From positions 200,938-264,937 of the forward strand of contig CAWKCK010000018.1 of the NCBI GenBank assembly GCA_963848135.1: a stretch of DNA of 64,000 bases. The letters are read 5' to 3'. The first letter of the stretch is position 1; each line of letters begins with the position of its first letter. The notes below the pieces were generated by a model that saw nothing but the letters and a program-made list of their open reading frames with translations, was not told the DNA's origin and ran no database searches. The position numbers and the translations under genes were made by a program. Shown here piece after piece: positions 1-10,866 of the stretch. The stretch comes from an uncultured delta proteobacterium. Its GTDB lineage: Bacteria > Desulfobacterota > Desulfobacteria > Desulfobacterales > SG8-13.

Positions 1-16
1 AGACAGCCGCACTATA

Positions 17-964
17 TTATTCAGTCGTCGCCGGGGCCTGATATGTCAAACGCCCCAGATTGGTATCGAGTGACGCCGTTAGACCGACCGGAATCGTCAG
101 GTTTCGTTTTCCGTGACCGAATTCCAGTCCTGTCAGAACAGGATAAGGCACGCTCTTGAAACGGTCCGAGATAATTCTCAAAAATTCCTCCGGCTGTCCG
201 CAAGCCTCGAAAGATCCGAAAGCCAGTCCGGCTATACCATCAAGAAACCCGGCCATATCCAGTTGGGTAAGCATTCGATCGAGCCGGTAGGGTGCCTCGC
301 CCCGGTCTTCAAAAAGCAGGATATGGTCGTGTGTCGATGGTTGAAAGGGAGTTCCGATCAAATGGCACAGTGTTGTTAGATTCCCGGCCAGGACTGGCCC
401 TCTCCCTATCCCCGGTCGAATGACTGTACCACCAGTGGCAGTCAGTTCGACGGGCGTGTCGCCGGCAACCGCCGCGATAAGTGCAGTCAACGAAGCCTTG
501 TCGCTCGCCGGTAAACTGGCGGCAACAGGTCCGTGGAAGGTAACTAAACCGCATCGCACGTATAAAGCCGTAAGAAGTGCCGTCACGTCACTGAAGCCGA
601 CCAAGATTTTTGACTGTTCGCGTATTCGTTTATAGTCCAATAACGGCAAAAGCCGCATCGAGCCGAATCCGCCTCTGGCGCAGATAATCGCCTTCACGAC
701 GGGATCATCGAACATCTTCATGACAAGGGCCGCTCGCTGCGTATCAGGGCCGGCAAGATAACCGTTTTTGAGAAAAATACTTTTAGACATGCGGACATTG
801 AACCCGGCAGACTCCAGCAGACTGACCCCGTAGTATAACTGTTCGATATCAAAGGGGCTTGCCGGTGCCACCAACCCAATGGTATCGCCAGGTCTCAATC
901 GCCGGGGGAGAACCAGCGGGTTAAGTTCGGTTCTCGATCCAGGGTAAGGATATCGTCTTGACAT
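17..964 (-). CDS. LD-carboxypeptidase (peptidase S66, LdcA/MccF family)
   Basis: Motifs ARGGFG, GFSDVT (catalytic Ser), LFEDRGE and EFGHG, typical of S66 peptidases. Confidence 0.9.
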   Translation of the reverse strand: MSRRYPYPGSRTELNPLVLPRRLRPGDTIGLVAPASPFDIEQLYYGVSLLESAGFNVRMSKSIFLKNGYLAGPDTQRAALVMKMFDDPVVKAIICARGGFGSMRLLPLLDYKRIREQSKILVGFSDVTALLTALYVRCGLVTFHGPVAASLPASDKASLTALIAAVAGDTPVELTATGGTVIRPGIGRGPVLAGNLTTLCHLIGTPFQPSTHDHILLFEDRGEAPYRLDRMLTQLDMAGFLDGIAGLAFGSFEACGQPEEFLRIISDRFKSVPYPVLTGLEFGHGKRNLTIPVGLTASLDTNLGRLTYQAPATTE

Positions 965-999
965 GGTAATGATTAAATGTTAGCAGACTGTTCTTGCGT

Positions 1000-1078
<79 letters not shown>

Positions 1079-1106
1079 AACAACAACATGCGGTAATTTA
1101 TTCGAT

Positions 1107-1139
1107 GACGGGACCGGTCTTAAGGGTGCCCGTTTTTTA
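1107..1139 (+). terminator. Probable intrinsic terminator after tRNA-Pro
   Basis: ACGGG...CCCGT imperfect hairpin followed by a T-run. Confidence 0.5.
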
Positions 1140-1320
1140 TTTATTCCGCAACCACGGACGGCGTGGCATTTGGATGGGCTCATTCGCACAAATACTATCA
1201 ACGCTGACCACTCTATCGACCGCCTGCATTTTCATAACCGCCGAACGGTACGCGCTTTAATCAGCATAACTGGCATATAATAGGGCACCCCCCATCGTAC
1301 TTTTATGACGTGCCTTACTC

Positions 1321-1349
1321 TTGACATCCTACTCTGTAGTATATAAAAT
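1321..1349 (+). promoter_or_regulatory. Sigma70-type promoter
   Basis: TTGACA (1321-1326), 17-nt spacer, TAAAAT (1344-1349); no ORF follows on this strand. Confidence 0.65.
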
Positions 1350-1355
1350 CACTTC

Positions 1356-1446
1356 AGCGATCATTCATCGACTCAAATGATCGTCTCACACTCCATCGCA
1401 TGTATGGGCGAGCCGCATCCCCAGCAGTTCGCCCGTACTCATTTTG
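1356..1446 (+). ncRNA. Candidate ~90-nt small RNA
   Basis: Starts 7 nt after the -10 box; 5' hairpin 1357-1384, CU-rich linker, 12-bp hairpin 1402-1438 with C-rich loop, short U-tract. Confidence 0.5.
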
Positions 1447-1586
1447 ACCGATGCATTCAAATCACCGTCTGATGGCAAACTCCCAACGGTCTCGATGCCG
1501 CCTAAATTCTGCAGGTGACAACGCTTTATGATATCACAGTCGCTTGAAATAACATAATAAAAAGACGATTTACTGGTGGGGAAACA

Positions 1587-3194
1587 TCAATTGCGAAGAT
1601 GGGAAAAAAGATTGGCAACCTTGCCGGTCGCCTGTTGACTGGATAATTTTCCTTCCTGATGAAGGTTCAGAAATATCTCCACAACTTCCGGATCAAATTG
1701 CGTCGTCGCGCCCTCACGGATGATTTGCAATACCTGACTTTCTTCCATGCGTTTACGGTAGGCGCGATCGGAGGAGACGGCATCGTAAACATCGGCCACT
1801 GAAAGAATGCGTCCGAGTATCGGAATTTCGTTTTTTGTCAACCCGTCCGGATAACCTTTTCCGTCGTAACGCTCATGGTGACAACGGATGATCTGTCGCT
1901 CCCGCTCCCAGAAGCCGAGTTGTTTGACAATGTTGGCCCCGATAACCGGATGCTCTTTGATTTTGGCAAACTCTTCTTCCGTGAGGCGGCCAGGCTTCAA
2001 CAAAATATCGTCACGAATGCCTATTTTGCCAATATCATGCAGGTGTCCAGCAAAATTTAGAATATCCAGTTCTTCCGCCGTACATCCCATGGCCTTGCCG
2101 ATTTCGATACTAAATGTGGTTACCCGGCTGGAATGCTGCTGGGTGTATGGATCTCTTGCCTCAATGGCGTTGACGAAAGCGTAAAGCGTGGCAAATAGAT
2201 TCTCGTATATGTTTTCGTAGAGTGCCAAATTTTCAATGGCCTTGGCGGCATTCTGAGCCATGAAGGAGAGATAATACAAATCCTTTTCGGTATAGATCGC
2301 TTCACCGGTTTCAAGAGCCGCCATCAAAACGCCAAACACGGTTTGCCGGATCTTGAGCGGAACCAGCATCAACGATCGATAATCCCGTGGAATCTTCCGT
2401 TGCCCCTGACTATTTGAAACCAGCAAGGGGATCTCATCGCCGGCCACCTCTGATATCAGTTGCTCAAGATTCGGCAGTTCCAATTCATCGGTTTCATTAA
2501 TCGGCCGGCATGGCTCCAGATTGCTTACCGCGACTGCCTTACCTGGCATCCCAGCAGGCTCTGCGGCCACTGCGAAAGGCTTGTCCATCGATTCATTGAT
2601 AATGTAAAAACATGCGCGGTCCGAACGCGTAATTTCGATCGCCATATCGACCAGCCGCTTGAACACTTCACTACTGGATGAGTTGATGGTAAAATCGCTC
2701 AAAATCCGATTGAGGATGTGTAATTCTTCCACCTTGAAAGTCAGTTCGCGGTTGAGGTTCTCCAACCGATTCTTACTTTCGACCTCTTTTTTAAGGAGTA
2801 AATTTTCTGCAAAAACACGCCGCTGGGTAAACACCCGGCGCACGCAAAGTTCCATCTGGCTGAGATTGACCGGTTTGATCAGAAAATCGACGACACCGTT
2901 CTTTAGGGTTTGGATGGTATTGTCGAGCGATGGATATCCGGTCATGATGATAACCGGCAAGGTGTTGTCCAGGTGACGGATGTGCTCGGCCAGGGCCAGC
3001 CCATCCATGCCGGGCATGTTGATATCGGTGAAACAGCAGTCGACAGTCTCGGTTTCGATAATCTTGATGGCTTCATGGCCGCTGGCGGCCGTCAATACCT
3101 GATACCCTCTGCGTTTGAAATATTCACGAGAAACATTCAGAATGCTCTCTTCATCATCCACAAAGAGAATCGTTTCGTAACTGGCGTCACCCAT
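1587..3194 (-). CDS. Response regulator REC-GAF-HD-GYP (c-di-GMP phosphodiesterase)
   Basis: REC domain (FVDDE...TDINMP...KP), GAF-like middle, HDIGKIG and HHERYDGKGYP motifs; start placed at ATG 3194. Confidence 0.9.
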   Translation of the reverse strand: MGDASYETILFVDDEESILNVSREYFKRRGYQVLTAASGHEAIKIIETETVDCCFTDINMPGMDGLALAEHIRHLDNTLPVIIMTGYPSLDNTIQTLKNGVVDFLIKPVNLSQMELCVRRVFTQRRVFAENLLLKKEVESKNRLENLNRELTFKVEELHILNRILSDFTINSSSSEVFKRLVDMAIEITRSDRACFYIINESMDKPFAVAAEPAGMPGKAVAVSNLEPCRPINETDELELPNLEQLISEVAGDEIPLLVSNSQGQRKIPRDYRSLMLVPLKIRQTVFGVLMAALETGEAIYTEKDLYYLSFMAQNAAKAIENLALYENIYENLFATLYAFVNAIEARDPYTQQHSSRVTTFSIEIGKAMGCTAEELDILNFAGHLHDIGKIGIRDDILLKPGRLTEEEFAKIKEHPVIGANIVKQLGFWERERQIIRCHHERYDGKGYPDGLTKNEIPILGRILSVADVYDAVSSDRAYRKRMEESQVLQIIREGATTQFDPEVVEIFLNLHQEGKLSSQQATGKVANLFSHLRN

Positions 3195-3386
3195 AAAACA
3201 ACACCTTGTAATTACAATATAATATTCTGAAATCAGCCTGGTCAACTGGATAGCGACGGCCAACGTAACGATGACTGCCTAGAATTCTATCGGCCAATTG
3301 CAAATATTCTGAAGTGAAAAATATTGATTAGAGAGCCTAAATATTGGTATCTGTCTGATAATAAATAATATTCACGGAGATAATCA

Positions 3387-4488
3387 ATGACGTTCCTTTT
3401 CCTTGAACCGTTCTACGGTGGCTCACACCGCGAATTTGCTGACGGTTTGCACACTTGGTCGCGTCACACCATAAAATTTGCGATCCTACCGGCCCGGTTC
3501 TGGAAATGGCGCATGCGGGGGGCCGCCTTGTAATTTGCCGGAGCGATCAAATCCCCCCCAAAGATACGCTGGAATTGTTGTTACCAATTTGATGAGCCTC
3601 GCCGATCTCAAGGCCATATGGGGCAAACGCTGTCCGCCGGTACTGCTCTATTTTCACGAAAACCAATTTGCTTATCCTTTGGCGCCTGGAGAAGCACGGG
3701 ATTATCAGTACGGTTTTACCGATATCACCTCCGCTCTGGCTGCCGACCGGATCCTGTTCAACTCGCAGACTCATTTCTGGACTTTTTTTGACACCCTACC
3801 CCAGTTTCTCAAAATGATGCCGGAATACGCACCCACCTGGGTCATCGACACTATTCGCGCCAAAAGCAGTATTGCTTACCCGGGTTGTCATTTTGACGGC
3901 ACTGCCTCGACACCTTTTCCGGATAGAGACAGGAACCGGCCGCCGGTTATTATCTGGAACCACCGCTGGGAATTCGATAAAAATCCTGAAGATTTTTTTG
4001 ACGCCCTCGAGGCCGTCGACGAAATGGGACTGGCGTTTGACCTGGTTTTATTGGGGGAGCGCTATCGAAGGGTTCCACAGGTCTTCAGCCGGGCACTCAG
4101 CCATTTCCAAAATCATATTATCCACTGTGGATTTGAAGCAAGCAAGGCACGATACCGCGGATGGCTGCAAAAAGGGTCGTTTGTGATCAGTACGGCACGT
4201 CAGGAAAATTTCGGTATGTCGGTGGTCGAAGCGGTTCGATACGGTTGTTTGCCCCTATTGCCGAACCGGTTGGTGTATCCGGAGATTATTACCGAAGAAT
4301 TTCACACCAAGGTCCTGTTTGCCAACCACCAGGATCTGATCGAAAAATTGGCGGCAGGCCTCCGTGATAATACCCAGGATGGCGATCTGCGTCAGAGGCT
4401 CTCGGCCGCCATGTCGCAGTTTGCCTGGGAACGGTGTATCGGAAATTACGACGACAAGCTGGATGAACTGGTGGCTATCAAAAATTAG
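3387..4488 (+). pseudogene. GTDC1/DUF3524-family GT-B glycosyltransferase, interrupted (stop/frameshift near 3531-3560)
   Basis: ATG 3387 after GGAG gives LEPFYGGSH...WKWRMRGAAL, then TAA at 3531; the family sequence resumes in the +1 frame (YFHENQFAYP, WNHRWEFDKNP, ENFG). Could be a sequencing error. Confidence 0.75.
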
Positions 4489-4498
4489 CATCGGAAGA

Positions 4499-5437
4499 TC
4501 ATTCTGAGGAATTTCCCGGGACAGTTTCGGGGATCGCCAATCGATACATTTTCCCTGCAAACTGTTTCCCGATATATTTTTCTAATCTGCGGGAACATTG
4601 AGCCACTTTAACGATATCGACACCCGTATCTATGTCCATCGAATTTAAGAGGTAGACGACATCTTCCGTGGCAATATTGCCTGCGGCACCGGGAACAAAG
4701 GGGCAACCGCCCATCCCGGCAAATGCGGTATCGAACCGCGTGATGCCGCATTCAAGAGCCGTTGTCAGGTTTACCAGTCCCAGGCCGCGGGTATCGTGCA
4801 GGTGGGCGATAACGGGTATTTCATCGACAGACGGTAATACGGCGTTCATCAGGCGACGGATGCTGCTGGGAGTGGCCATGCCGGTGGTGTCGCTGAACGA
4901 CAGGGCATCGACTCCCTGTTCAACGAAATTCAACGCCATACGAATGATCCGCTTCAACGCTATTTGCCCTTCGTAGACACAACCAAATGCACACTGGACA
5001 CCAGCGCGTACCTGCATTCCGTTTTCCTTGGCGAAATTTACCATTTGTTGCGCATTGGAGACCGCTTCATTTAAAGACATCCCGGTATTTTTTCGGCTGT
5101 GGGTGTCGCTGGCGGAAATGGATATCTCAACATGCTTCATGCCGGCACGCTGAGCCCTTTCAAGGCCCTGGCGGTTGAGTACGAGGCCGGAAAAGGTTAC
5201 CCCTTCCCTTACCGGGAGCGCTTGCAGCAAAGTTTCGGCATCGGCCATCTGGGGCACCCGTTGCGGGTGAACGAAGGAAGTGACCTGGATATGCTTGATG
5301 CCGGCGGCAACCAAGCCGCCGATGATGTCGATCTTCATTGAAGTGGGAATGATTTGAGATTCGAACTGAAATCCATCCCGTGGCCCCACCTCAATGAGGG
5401 TGACCTTCTCAGGGTATGGGTGCGTCTTGTTAATCAT
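4499..5437 (-). CDS. Hydroxymethylglutaryl-CoA lyase
   Basis: EVGPRDGFQ, HLHDTRG and GGCPFVPGAAGN motifs. Confidence 0.9.
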   Translation of the reverse strand: MINKTHPYPEKVTLIEVGPRDGFQFESQIIPTSMKIDIIGGLVAAGIKHIQVTSFVHPQRVPQMADAETLLQALPVREGVTFSGLVLNRQGLERAQRAGMKHVEISISASDTHSRKNTGMSLNEAVSNAQQMVNFAKENGMQVRAGVQCAFGCVYEGQIALKRIIRMALNFVEQGVDALSFSDTTGMATPSSIRRLMNAVLPSVDEIPVIAHLHDTRGLGLVNLTTALECGITRFDTAFAGMGGCPFVPGAAGNIATEDVVYLLNSMDIDTGVDIVKVAQCSRRLEKYIGKQFAGKMYRLAIPETVPGNSSE

Positions 5438-5740
5438 GCGACTCCGTTTCTCATCTGATTCAGTCAACGGATATCGTATCTATCGTCCGCCATTAATTGT
5501 CAATGTCAAGTCCACAACATAAACCCTGCATGTCCGTATTCTACAAATGACTTGACGTAAAGGCCTATTCTCTTTTAAGTCGGGGCGACCGTTTTATCAG
5601 AGTGGTTGTAAAAAAGCGTTCCGTTTTTCGAATGTTATTTTCTAAGACCACATATACAACCCTTACGTATTTCAGAATTTGTTTTTAAAAGCGGCGGAAA
5701 GGACTTCGTCGAGAAATCGTTAACGAATGCGCCAGATCTA

Positions 5741-7006
5741 ATGGGAATCCACCATGAAAATATTGCCCACCGGCCGTTACGAGTCTGTCTGCTAAGCTAT
5801 CGTAGTAATCCCCACAGCGGCGGCCAAGGGGTCTACATTAAGAATATAAGCCGAGCCCTTAGGGATCTTGGTCATCGCGTTGCCGTTGTCTCCGGACCCC
5901 CGGATCCACAATTGGATGCCGACATACACGTTCATCGGCTACCCAGCCTCAACCTTTACAACCCCGCCAATCCTTTCCGTCTCCCCACGATGAGAGAGCT
6001 TCGAAACCCTCTGAATCTGCTGGAGTGGCTGAGCGTCTCCACCATGGGATACCCGGAGCCCTTCATCTTTGGCATCCGCGCCTACCACTTTTTAAGGCAG
6101 CACAGGGAATCCTTTGACGTCATCCACGACAACCAAAGCCTGTCATACGGCATTCGGGCCATCAGCCGCCGACTGCCGACCGTGGCCACCATCCACCACC
6201 CGATGACTGTGGATCGGACGCTTGCCGTAAGGAGCGCTTCAACAGGGTGGCAGAAAATGAAGCAGCTGCGATGGTATTCCTTCATTGGGATGCAGGTGCG
6301 CGTGGCCCGCTGCCTGAACCGGCTGATCACCGTATCAAACTGCGCCCGAACCGATATCAGCCGGTCTTTCGGCATTCCGATCGAGAATTTAGCAGTTGTC
6401 CCCAACGGCGTCCGCACCGACCAGTTTCATCCCCTACCCGGCATTCCCAGGGAAAACGGCCGGATCATCGTTACTAACAGTGCCGACATGCCGCTGAAGG
6501 GCATGTCCTACCTATTGAAAGCCCTGGCTCACCTATCTCGAACCCGGACGGTACGCCTGGTTGTTATCGGTACCCTCAAAGAAAAAGGGGCCGTCAACAG
6601 ACTGATCCGATCGCTCGGTATCTGGGACCGGGTCGCTTTTAAGGGAAGAATCGATCCTCCGGCCTTCGCACAAGAATATGCTAAGGCTTGCGTGGCTGTC
6701 GTACCCTCCCTATACGAGGGTTTCGGCCTTCCGGCTGCAGAGGCCATGGCCTGCGGTGTTCCGGTAGTGAGTACCACCGGCGGCGCTCTGCCGGAGGTGG
6801 TCGGGGATACCGGCATTCTGGTGCCCCCCGCAAATACTCACGCGCTGGTGGATGCAATATCAAGTATTCTTGATCATCCAGAAGCGGCCGCCAGGATGGG
6901 TGAAGCCGGGCGGCAGCGGGCGCAAAGACTCTTCACATGGCCCAGTGCGGCCCGATTGACCGTAAACGTTTATCGGAGGGCAATCCGTGATTACGCCGAA
7001 TTTTGA
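5741..7006 (+). CDS. Glycosyltransferase family 4
   Basis: SYRSNPHSGGQGVY N-terminus and PSLYEGFGLPAAEAMACG GT4 motif. Confidence 0.9.
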   Translation: MGIHHENIAHRPLRVCLLSYRSNPHSGGQGVYIKNISRALRDLGHRVAVVSGPPDPQLDADIHVHRLPSLNLYNPANPFRLPTMRELRNPLNLLEWLSVSTMGYPEPFIFGIRAYHFLRQHRESFDVIHDNQSLSYGIRAISRRLPTVATIHHPMTVDRTLAVRSASTGWQKMKQLRWYSFIGMQVRVARCLNRLITVSNCARTDISRSFGIPIENLAVVPNGVRTDQFHPLPGIPRENGRIIVTNSADMPLKGMSYLLKALAHLSRTRTVRLVVIGTLKEKGAVNRLIRSLGIWDRVAFKGRIDPPAFAQEYAKACVAVVPSLYEGFGLPAAEAMACGVPVVSTTGGALPEVVGDTGILVPPANTHALVDAISSILDHPEAAARMGEAGRQRAQRLFTWPSAARLTVNVYRRAIRDYAEF

Positions 7007-7715
7007 CCATCTCCACCTCCACCCTGGTGACCGGGTGCTGGACATCGGCTGCGGCACCGGACGCCACACATGCGCAACTTACAAAAAAGCGGGTGTCGTC
7101 GCAATTGGGGCCGATCTCGATCTCGAAGACGTCCGGGAAGCAAAAAACCGCTTGGAATTGCACGATCGGCTCGGCATTCACGGCGGGGGGCGGTGGGGTC
7201 TTTGCGTCGCCGATTCACTCCATCTGCCATTCGATAACGCGGCCTTCGACCTGATCGTCTGCTGCGAAGTCTTGGAGCATATACGTGACCACCGAACGGC
7301 AGTGACTGAATTGGCGCGAGTCTTGAAGCCCGGGCATCAACTGGTCGTCAGCGTTCCTCGATACTGGCCTGAAAAAATCTGTTGGTCGATATCCAAAACT
7401 TATTCACGCGAAAAAGGTGGTCACATCCGCATCTACCGAAAATCCAGTATCGTCGAAATTCTCCGCTGCGCCGGCTTCAAGCTGCGTGCTGTGCATTACG
7501 CCCATAGCCTGCACACCCCTTATTGGTGGTTAAAATGCCTGATTGGGTTGGAACACGATGAGCACCAATTGGTTCGCCTCTATCACAGATTTCTGACCTG
7601 GGACATCATGCAGAGACCGTGGATTACCGGATTCATCGAGCGCCTCATCAACCCGATACTCGGTAAGAGTATCGTGCTCTATTTAGTGAAAAGCTCAGAT
7701 GCGAGCAGCGTCTGA
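6987..7715 (+). CDS. Class I SAM-dependent methyltransferase
   Basis: VLDIGCGTG motif I, EVLEH, RVLKPG; overlaps the end of the GT4 gene. Confidence 0.88.
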   Translation: MITPNFDHLHLHPGDRVLDIGCGTGRHTCATYKKAGVVAIGADLDLEDVREAKNRLELHDRLGIHGGGRWGLCVADSLHLPFDNAAFDLIVCCEVLEHIRDHRTAVTELARVLKPGHQLVVSVPRYWPEKICWSISKTYSREKGGHIRIYRKSSIVEILRCAGFKLRAVHYAHSLHTPYWWLKCLIGLEHDEHQLVRLYHRFLTWDIMQRPWITGFIERLINPILGKSIVLYLVKSSDASSV

Positions 7716-7787
7716 CCCCTTTGGGTATCGCAAACCATGGCTGAAGAAACAGCCGGGCATACCCGCTTTTAGACACAATGCTCGACC

Positions 7788-8403
7788 TTATTTTTTCCTG
7801 AGTACTCCGAGCGTTTTGGTCATGGGATGTTCCTCGAACCGGCGGTCGGACCGAGCCATCTGGTACACCAAATAGGGTGCCTGTCCACCTTGAACCGGAT
7901 CAACGAATATATCGTGAAAGAGTAGATACCCCCCGGGAACCAGGTGTTCTACCCATCCCATAAAATCTGCCATGACTGTATCGTATGCATGGCCGCCATC
8001 TATAAAGACTAGTCCCCAAAGGTGTTCGCCAGACACGGGCGACATCAGCCGACCGACATACCACTGGTAAAACGACATCTTCGAGACCCGCCCGTTCGAT
8101 TGACCGTCGGAAAAAAGAAAACGTGTCGATCGTCCCGCTCTGTGGCGCCCAGAGTTCGGGATCAAAGTATGCCTGGCCAGGTTGCTGCTCTTCAGAGCCA
8201 TGGTGGTGGTCGATTGAGAAGAGAACCGTTTGGTTTTCTCGGCAGGCGGCACCGAGGTAGAGAGCCGATTTCCCGCAATAGCTACCGATTTCCAGGCAGG
8301 GGCCGTAGCTGCCAGCTTCCAGAGCAAGCAGATACAACCGGCGTCCTTCCTCGTGGTCAAGAAACCCTTTGACATCTTTCAGCAGTTCAATATCAGGCAG
8401 CAT
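7788..8403 (-). pseudogene. Class I SAM-dependent methyltransferase (Methyltransf_24-like), +1 frameshift at 8014-8017
   Basis: LEIGSYCGKS...WRTPLG in one frame and LVFIDGGH...HDIF in the next; removing one base of a G4 run joins them. Confidence 0.8.
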
Positions 8404-8636
8404 CGGTTCTGAACACTTCAACCCTTCCCCGGACAGCCCGTAGCCATCCACGTGTGTTAGATGACACGATAGCGTGTCCAATGAATAGATATATGCGTTG
8501 AAAAAAAACATTCCGTAATTCGAACGTTTTTTCACCAGGCGCGCACAAAGTTTTGTGGACACTCTCTAGCTACCGTGGACCGGAACCGGAAACTTTGGAC
8601 ACTTCACAGCGGGGGAATAACCCTTTATGCATGACG

Positions 8637-10787
8637 TCACCCCATATTCTCGTAACTCCTGACCAGCACCTCCCTGGGTTTGGCACCATCCGCAGGCCCT
8701 ACGATGCCCTCTTTTTCCATCATCTCGATGATACGTGCCGCCCGGTTGTAACCGATCCTCAGATGCCGCTGAATCATCGAAATGGATGCCTGCCGGGTTT
8801 TGGTAATCAGGGCAACCGCTTCGTCATATTTTTCATCGGCATCCCGGCCATCCGCTTCGGCGGCTTCTGCCACCACCATTTCAGTGACGTCTTCGTCGTA
8901 TTCCGGTTTCTCCTGATTTTTCAAGTACTCGGTAATTCGAACGAGTTCAGTTTCGGAAATATAGGCGCCGTGTATGCGTTGCAGTTTCGCAGTGCCCGGC
9001 GGCATAAAGAGCATGTCACCGTTCCCGAGAAGATTTTCCGCACCGTTGGTGTCAATAATCGTTCGGGAGTCGGTTTTAGAGGATACCTGGAATGACAGGC
9101 GTGTCGGGAAATTGGCTTTGATTATACCGGTAAGAACATCGACCGATGGCCGCTGCGTGGCCAGTATCAGGTGTATTCCAGCCGCGCGGGCCATCTGAGC
9201 CAATCTCATCAGGGCCGATTCCACGTCTCGCGAAGCAACCATCATCAAGTCGGCCAATTCATCAATGATGATGACAATAAACGGCAGCTTTACCTCGGCC
9301 TCGGCATCCGCTGCGTCGGGTTTTGCCGGCTCGAGCTTGCGGTTATACTGAACGATATTGCGCGCCTTTTTCGCTGACAGGAGCTCATAGCGCCTCTCCA
9401 TTTCGCGCACGGCCCAGTAGAGTGCATTGGTGGCCTTTTTAACATCGGTGACGACCGGAGTAATCAGGTGTGGTATTCCGTCATAGCTCGTCAACTCGAT
9501 TCGCTTCGGATCAACCATGATCAGTTTGACCTCATCCGGTCCGGCTTTATAGAGCAGGCTGCAAATCATGGTGTTCAGGGCCACGCTCTTACCGGCTCCG
9601 GTGGCCCCGGCAATCAACAGGTGCGGCATCCGGTTGAGTTCGGCCACGAAGGGGTTCCCAATGATATCCTTGCCAAGGCAAATCGTCAGTTTGGATTTGG
9701 ATTTCTCGAAAGCACTCGACACGACGATCTCTTTGAACCGCACCATTTCGCGCGCGGCGTTCGGGACCTCGATGCCGATCACGGCCTTGCCCGGGATCGG
9801 TGCCACAATCCGTATGCTGGTTGCCCGAAGCGCCAGGGCCAGGTCGTCGGAAAGGTTGACGATCTTGTTTATCTTTATTCCCGAAGCTGGTTCGTATTCG
9901 AAAGTGGTAATAACCGGTCCAGGGGATATTGCGACCACTTGGCCCCTGACACCGAAATCTTCCAGTTTTTTCTCCAGGAGTTTCGACAACATCCTCAAAT
10001 TGTCGTCATCCGCTGAAATGGGGCGATTTTCCGGCTCTTCAAGCAAGTTAACCGAAGGAAGCTGAAAACCCGAACCAGACCGCATAAAACCAAAGACTTC
10101 CTGCTTGGGTATCGGAGCACTCTTGATTGGCGTATTTGTGGTATTTTTTATCTTGATCGGCGCCGCCTTTTTTAAGGCGTTCTCTTTGATCACTTTGCGG
10201 CGCTTTTTGGTTTTCTGACGTCTTTCTTTATGCTTCAGGTAAAAAGTCTTCACATGATCGACAATAATAATGCCGATGCGATAACACCACCTGGAAAAGG
10301 TTAGCAAAGAAAACCCGGTGGTCATGATGAATCCAATCAGCCAGATAATGCTCAGAATAATCACGGCGCCAATCGGGTTAGAATACCTGACAAGGAACAT
10401 TTTGAAGGGGATTCCGATAAAACCCCCTGCCGAAAAACTATTTCCAAAAAGCGCGAACGCGTGTTGACTCAGCGCCAGCAAACTGCCTGTCGTAACAATT
10501 AGCAAGAAACCGCCGAAAATCGTACAAAGAATCGCTGTCCGCGAATGACCACCGAGAATATGCATGCTGGTCAAAAGCAGCAGGAGGGGTATCCAAAAAG
10601 CGCCGAGACCGAATACACCGATGAGTAAACCGGCCAAGTGAGACCCAAACACACCGAAGAGATTATGAATCTTCCCTCCACCGACGGCATTGAGAAGGGA
10701 GGGATCGTCGGGGCTGTAAGAGAGCAGGCTTACCAGGGTGAAGACGACCAGGAAAAAAAGTAGAATTCCGATGATTTCTTTACGCAT
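8637..10787 (-). CDS. ftsK: DNA translocase FtsK/SpoIIIE
   Basis: N-terminal TM region, GATGAGKS Walker A, DELADLMM, gamma domain GYNRAARI. Confidence 0.96.
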   Translation of the reverse strand: MRKEIIGILLFFLVVFTLVSLLSYSPDDPSLLNAVGGGKIHNLFGVFGSHLAGLLIGVFGLGAFWIPLLLLLTSMHILGGHSRTAILCTIFGGFLLIVTTGSLLALSQHAFALFGNSFSAGGFIGIPFKMFLVRYSNPIGAVIILSIIWLIGFIMTTGFSLLTFSRWCYRIGIIIVDHVKTFYLKHKERRQKTKKRRKVIKENALKKAAPIKIKNTTNTPIKSAPIPKQEVFGFMRSGSGFQLPSVNLLEEPENRPISADDDNLRMLSKLLEKKLEDFGVRGQVVAISPGPVITTFEYEPASGIKINKIVNLSDDLALALRATSIRIVAPIPGKAVIGIEVPNAAREMVRFKEIVVSSAFEKSKSKLTICLGKDIIGNPFVAELNRMPHLLIAGATGAGKSVALNTMICSLLYKAGPDEVKLIMVDPKRIELTSYDGIPHLITPVVTDVKKATNALYWAVREMERRYELLSAKKARNIVQYNRKLEPAKPDAADAEAEVKLPFIVIIIDELADLMMVASRDVESALMRLAQMARAAGIHLILATQRPSVDVLTGIIKANFPTRLSFQVSSKTDSRTIIDTNGAENLLGNGDMLFMPPGTAKLQRIHGAYISETELVRITEYLKNQEKPEYDEDVTEMVVAEAAEADGRDADEKYDEAVALITKTRQASISMIQRHLRIGYNRAARIIEMMEKEGIVGPADGAKPREVLVRSYENMG

Positions 10788-10866
10788 AGATAGAATTTTG
10801 TCAGTTTACCCGTTCTTATCAATTCGCCCGGATGGCTGCGAATTCGAAATGCGGGGCATTACGGTA

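Noticed and set aside
1471..1520. GGCAAAC motif suggesting a c-di-GMP-I riboswitch near the HD-GYP gene
   Set aside because: It lacks the GNRA-capped P2 and the downstream GCAAAG/P3 elements, and no gene follows on that strand.
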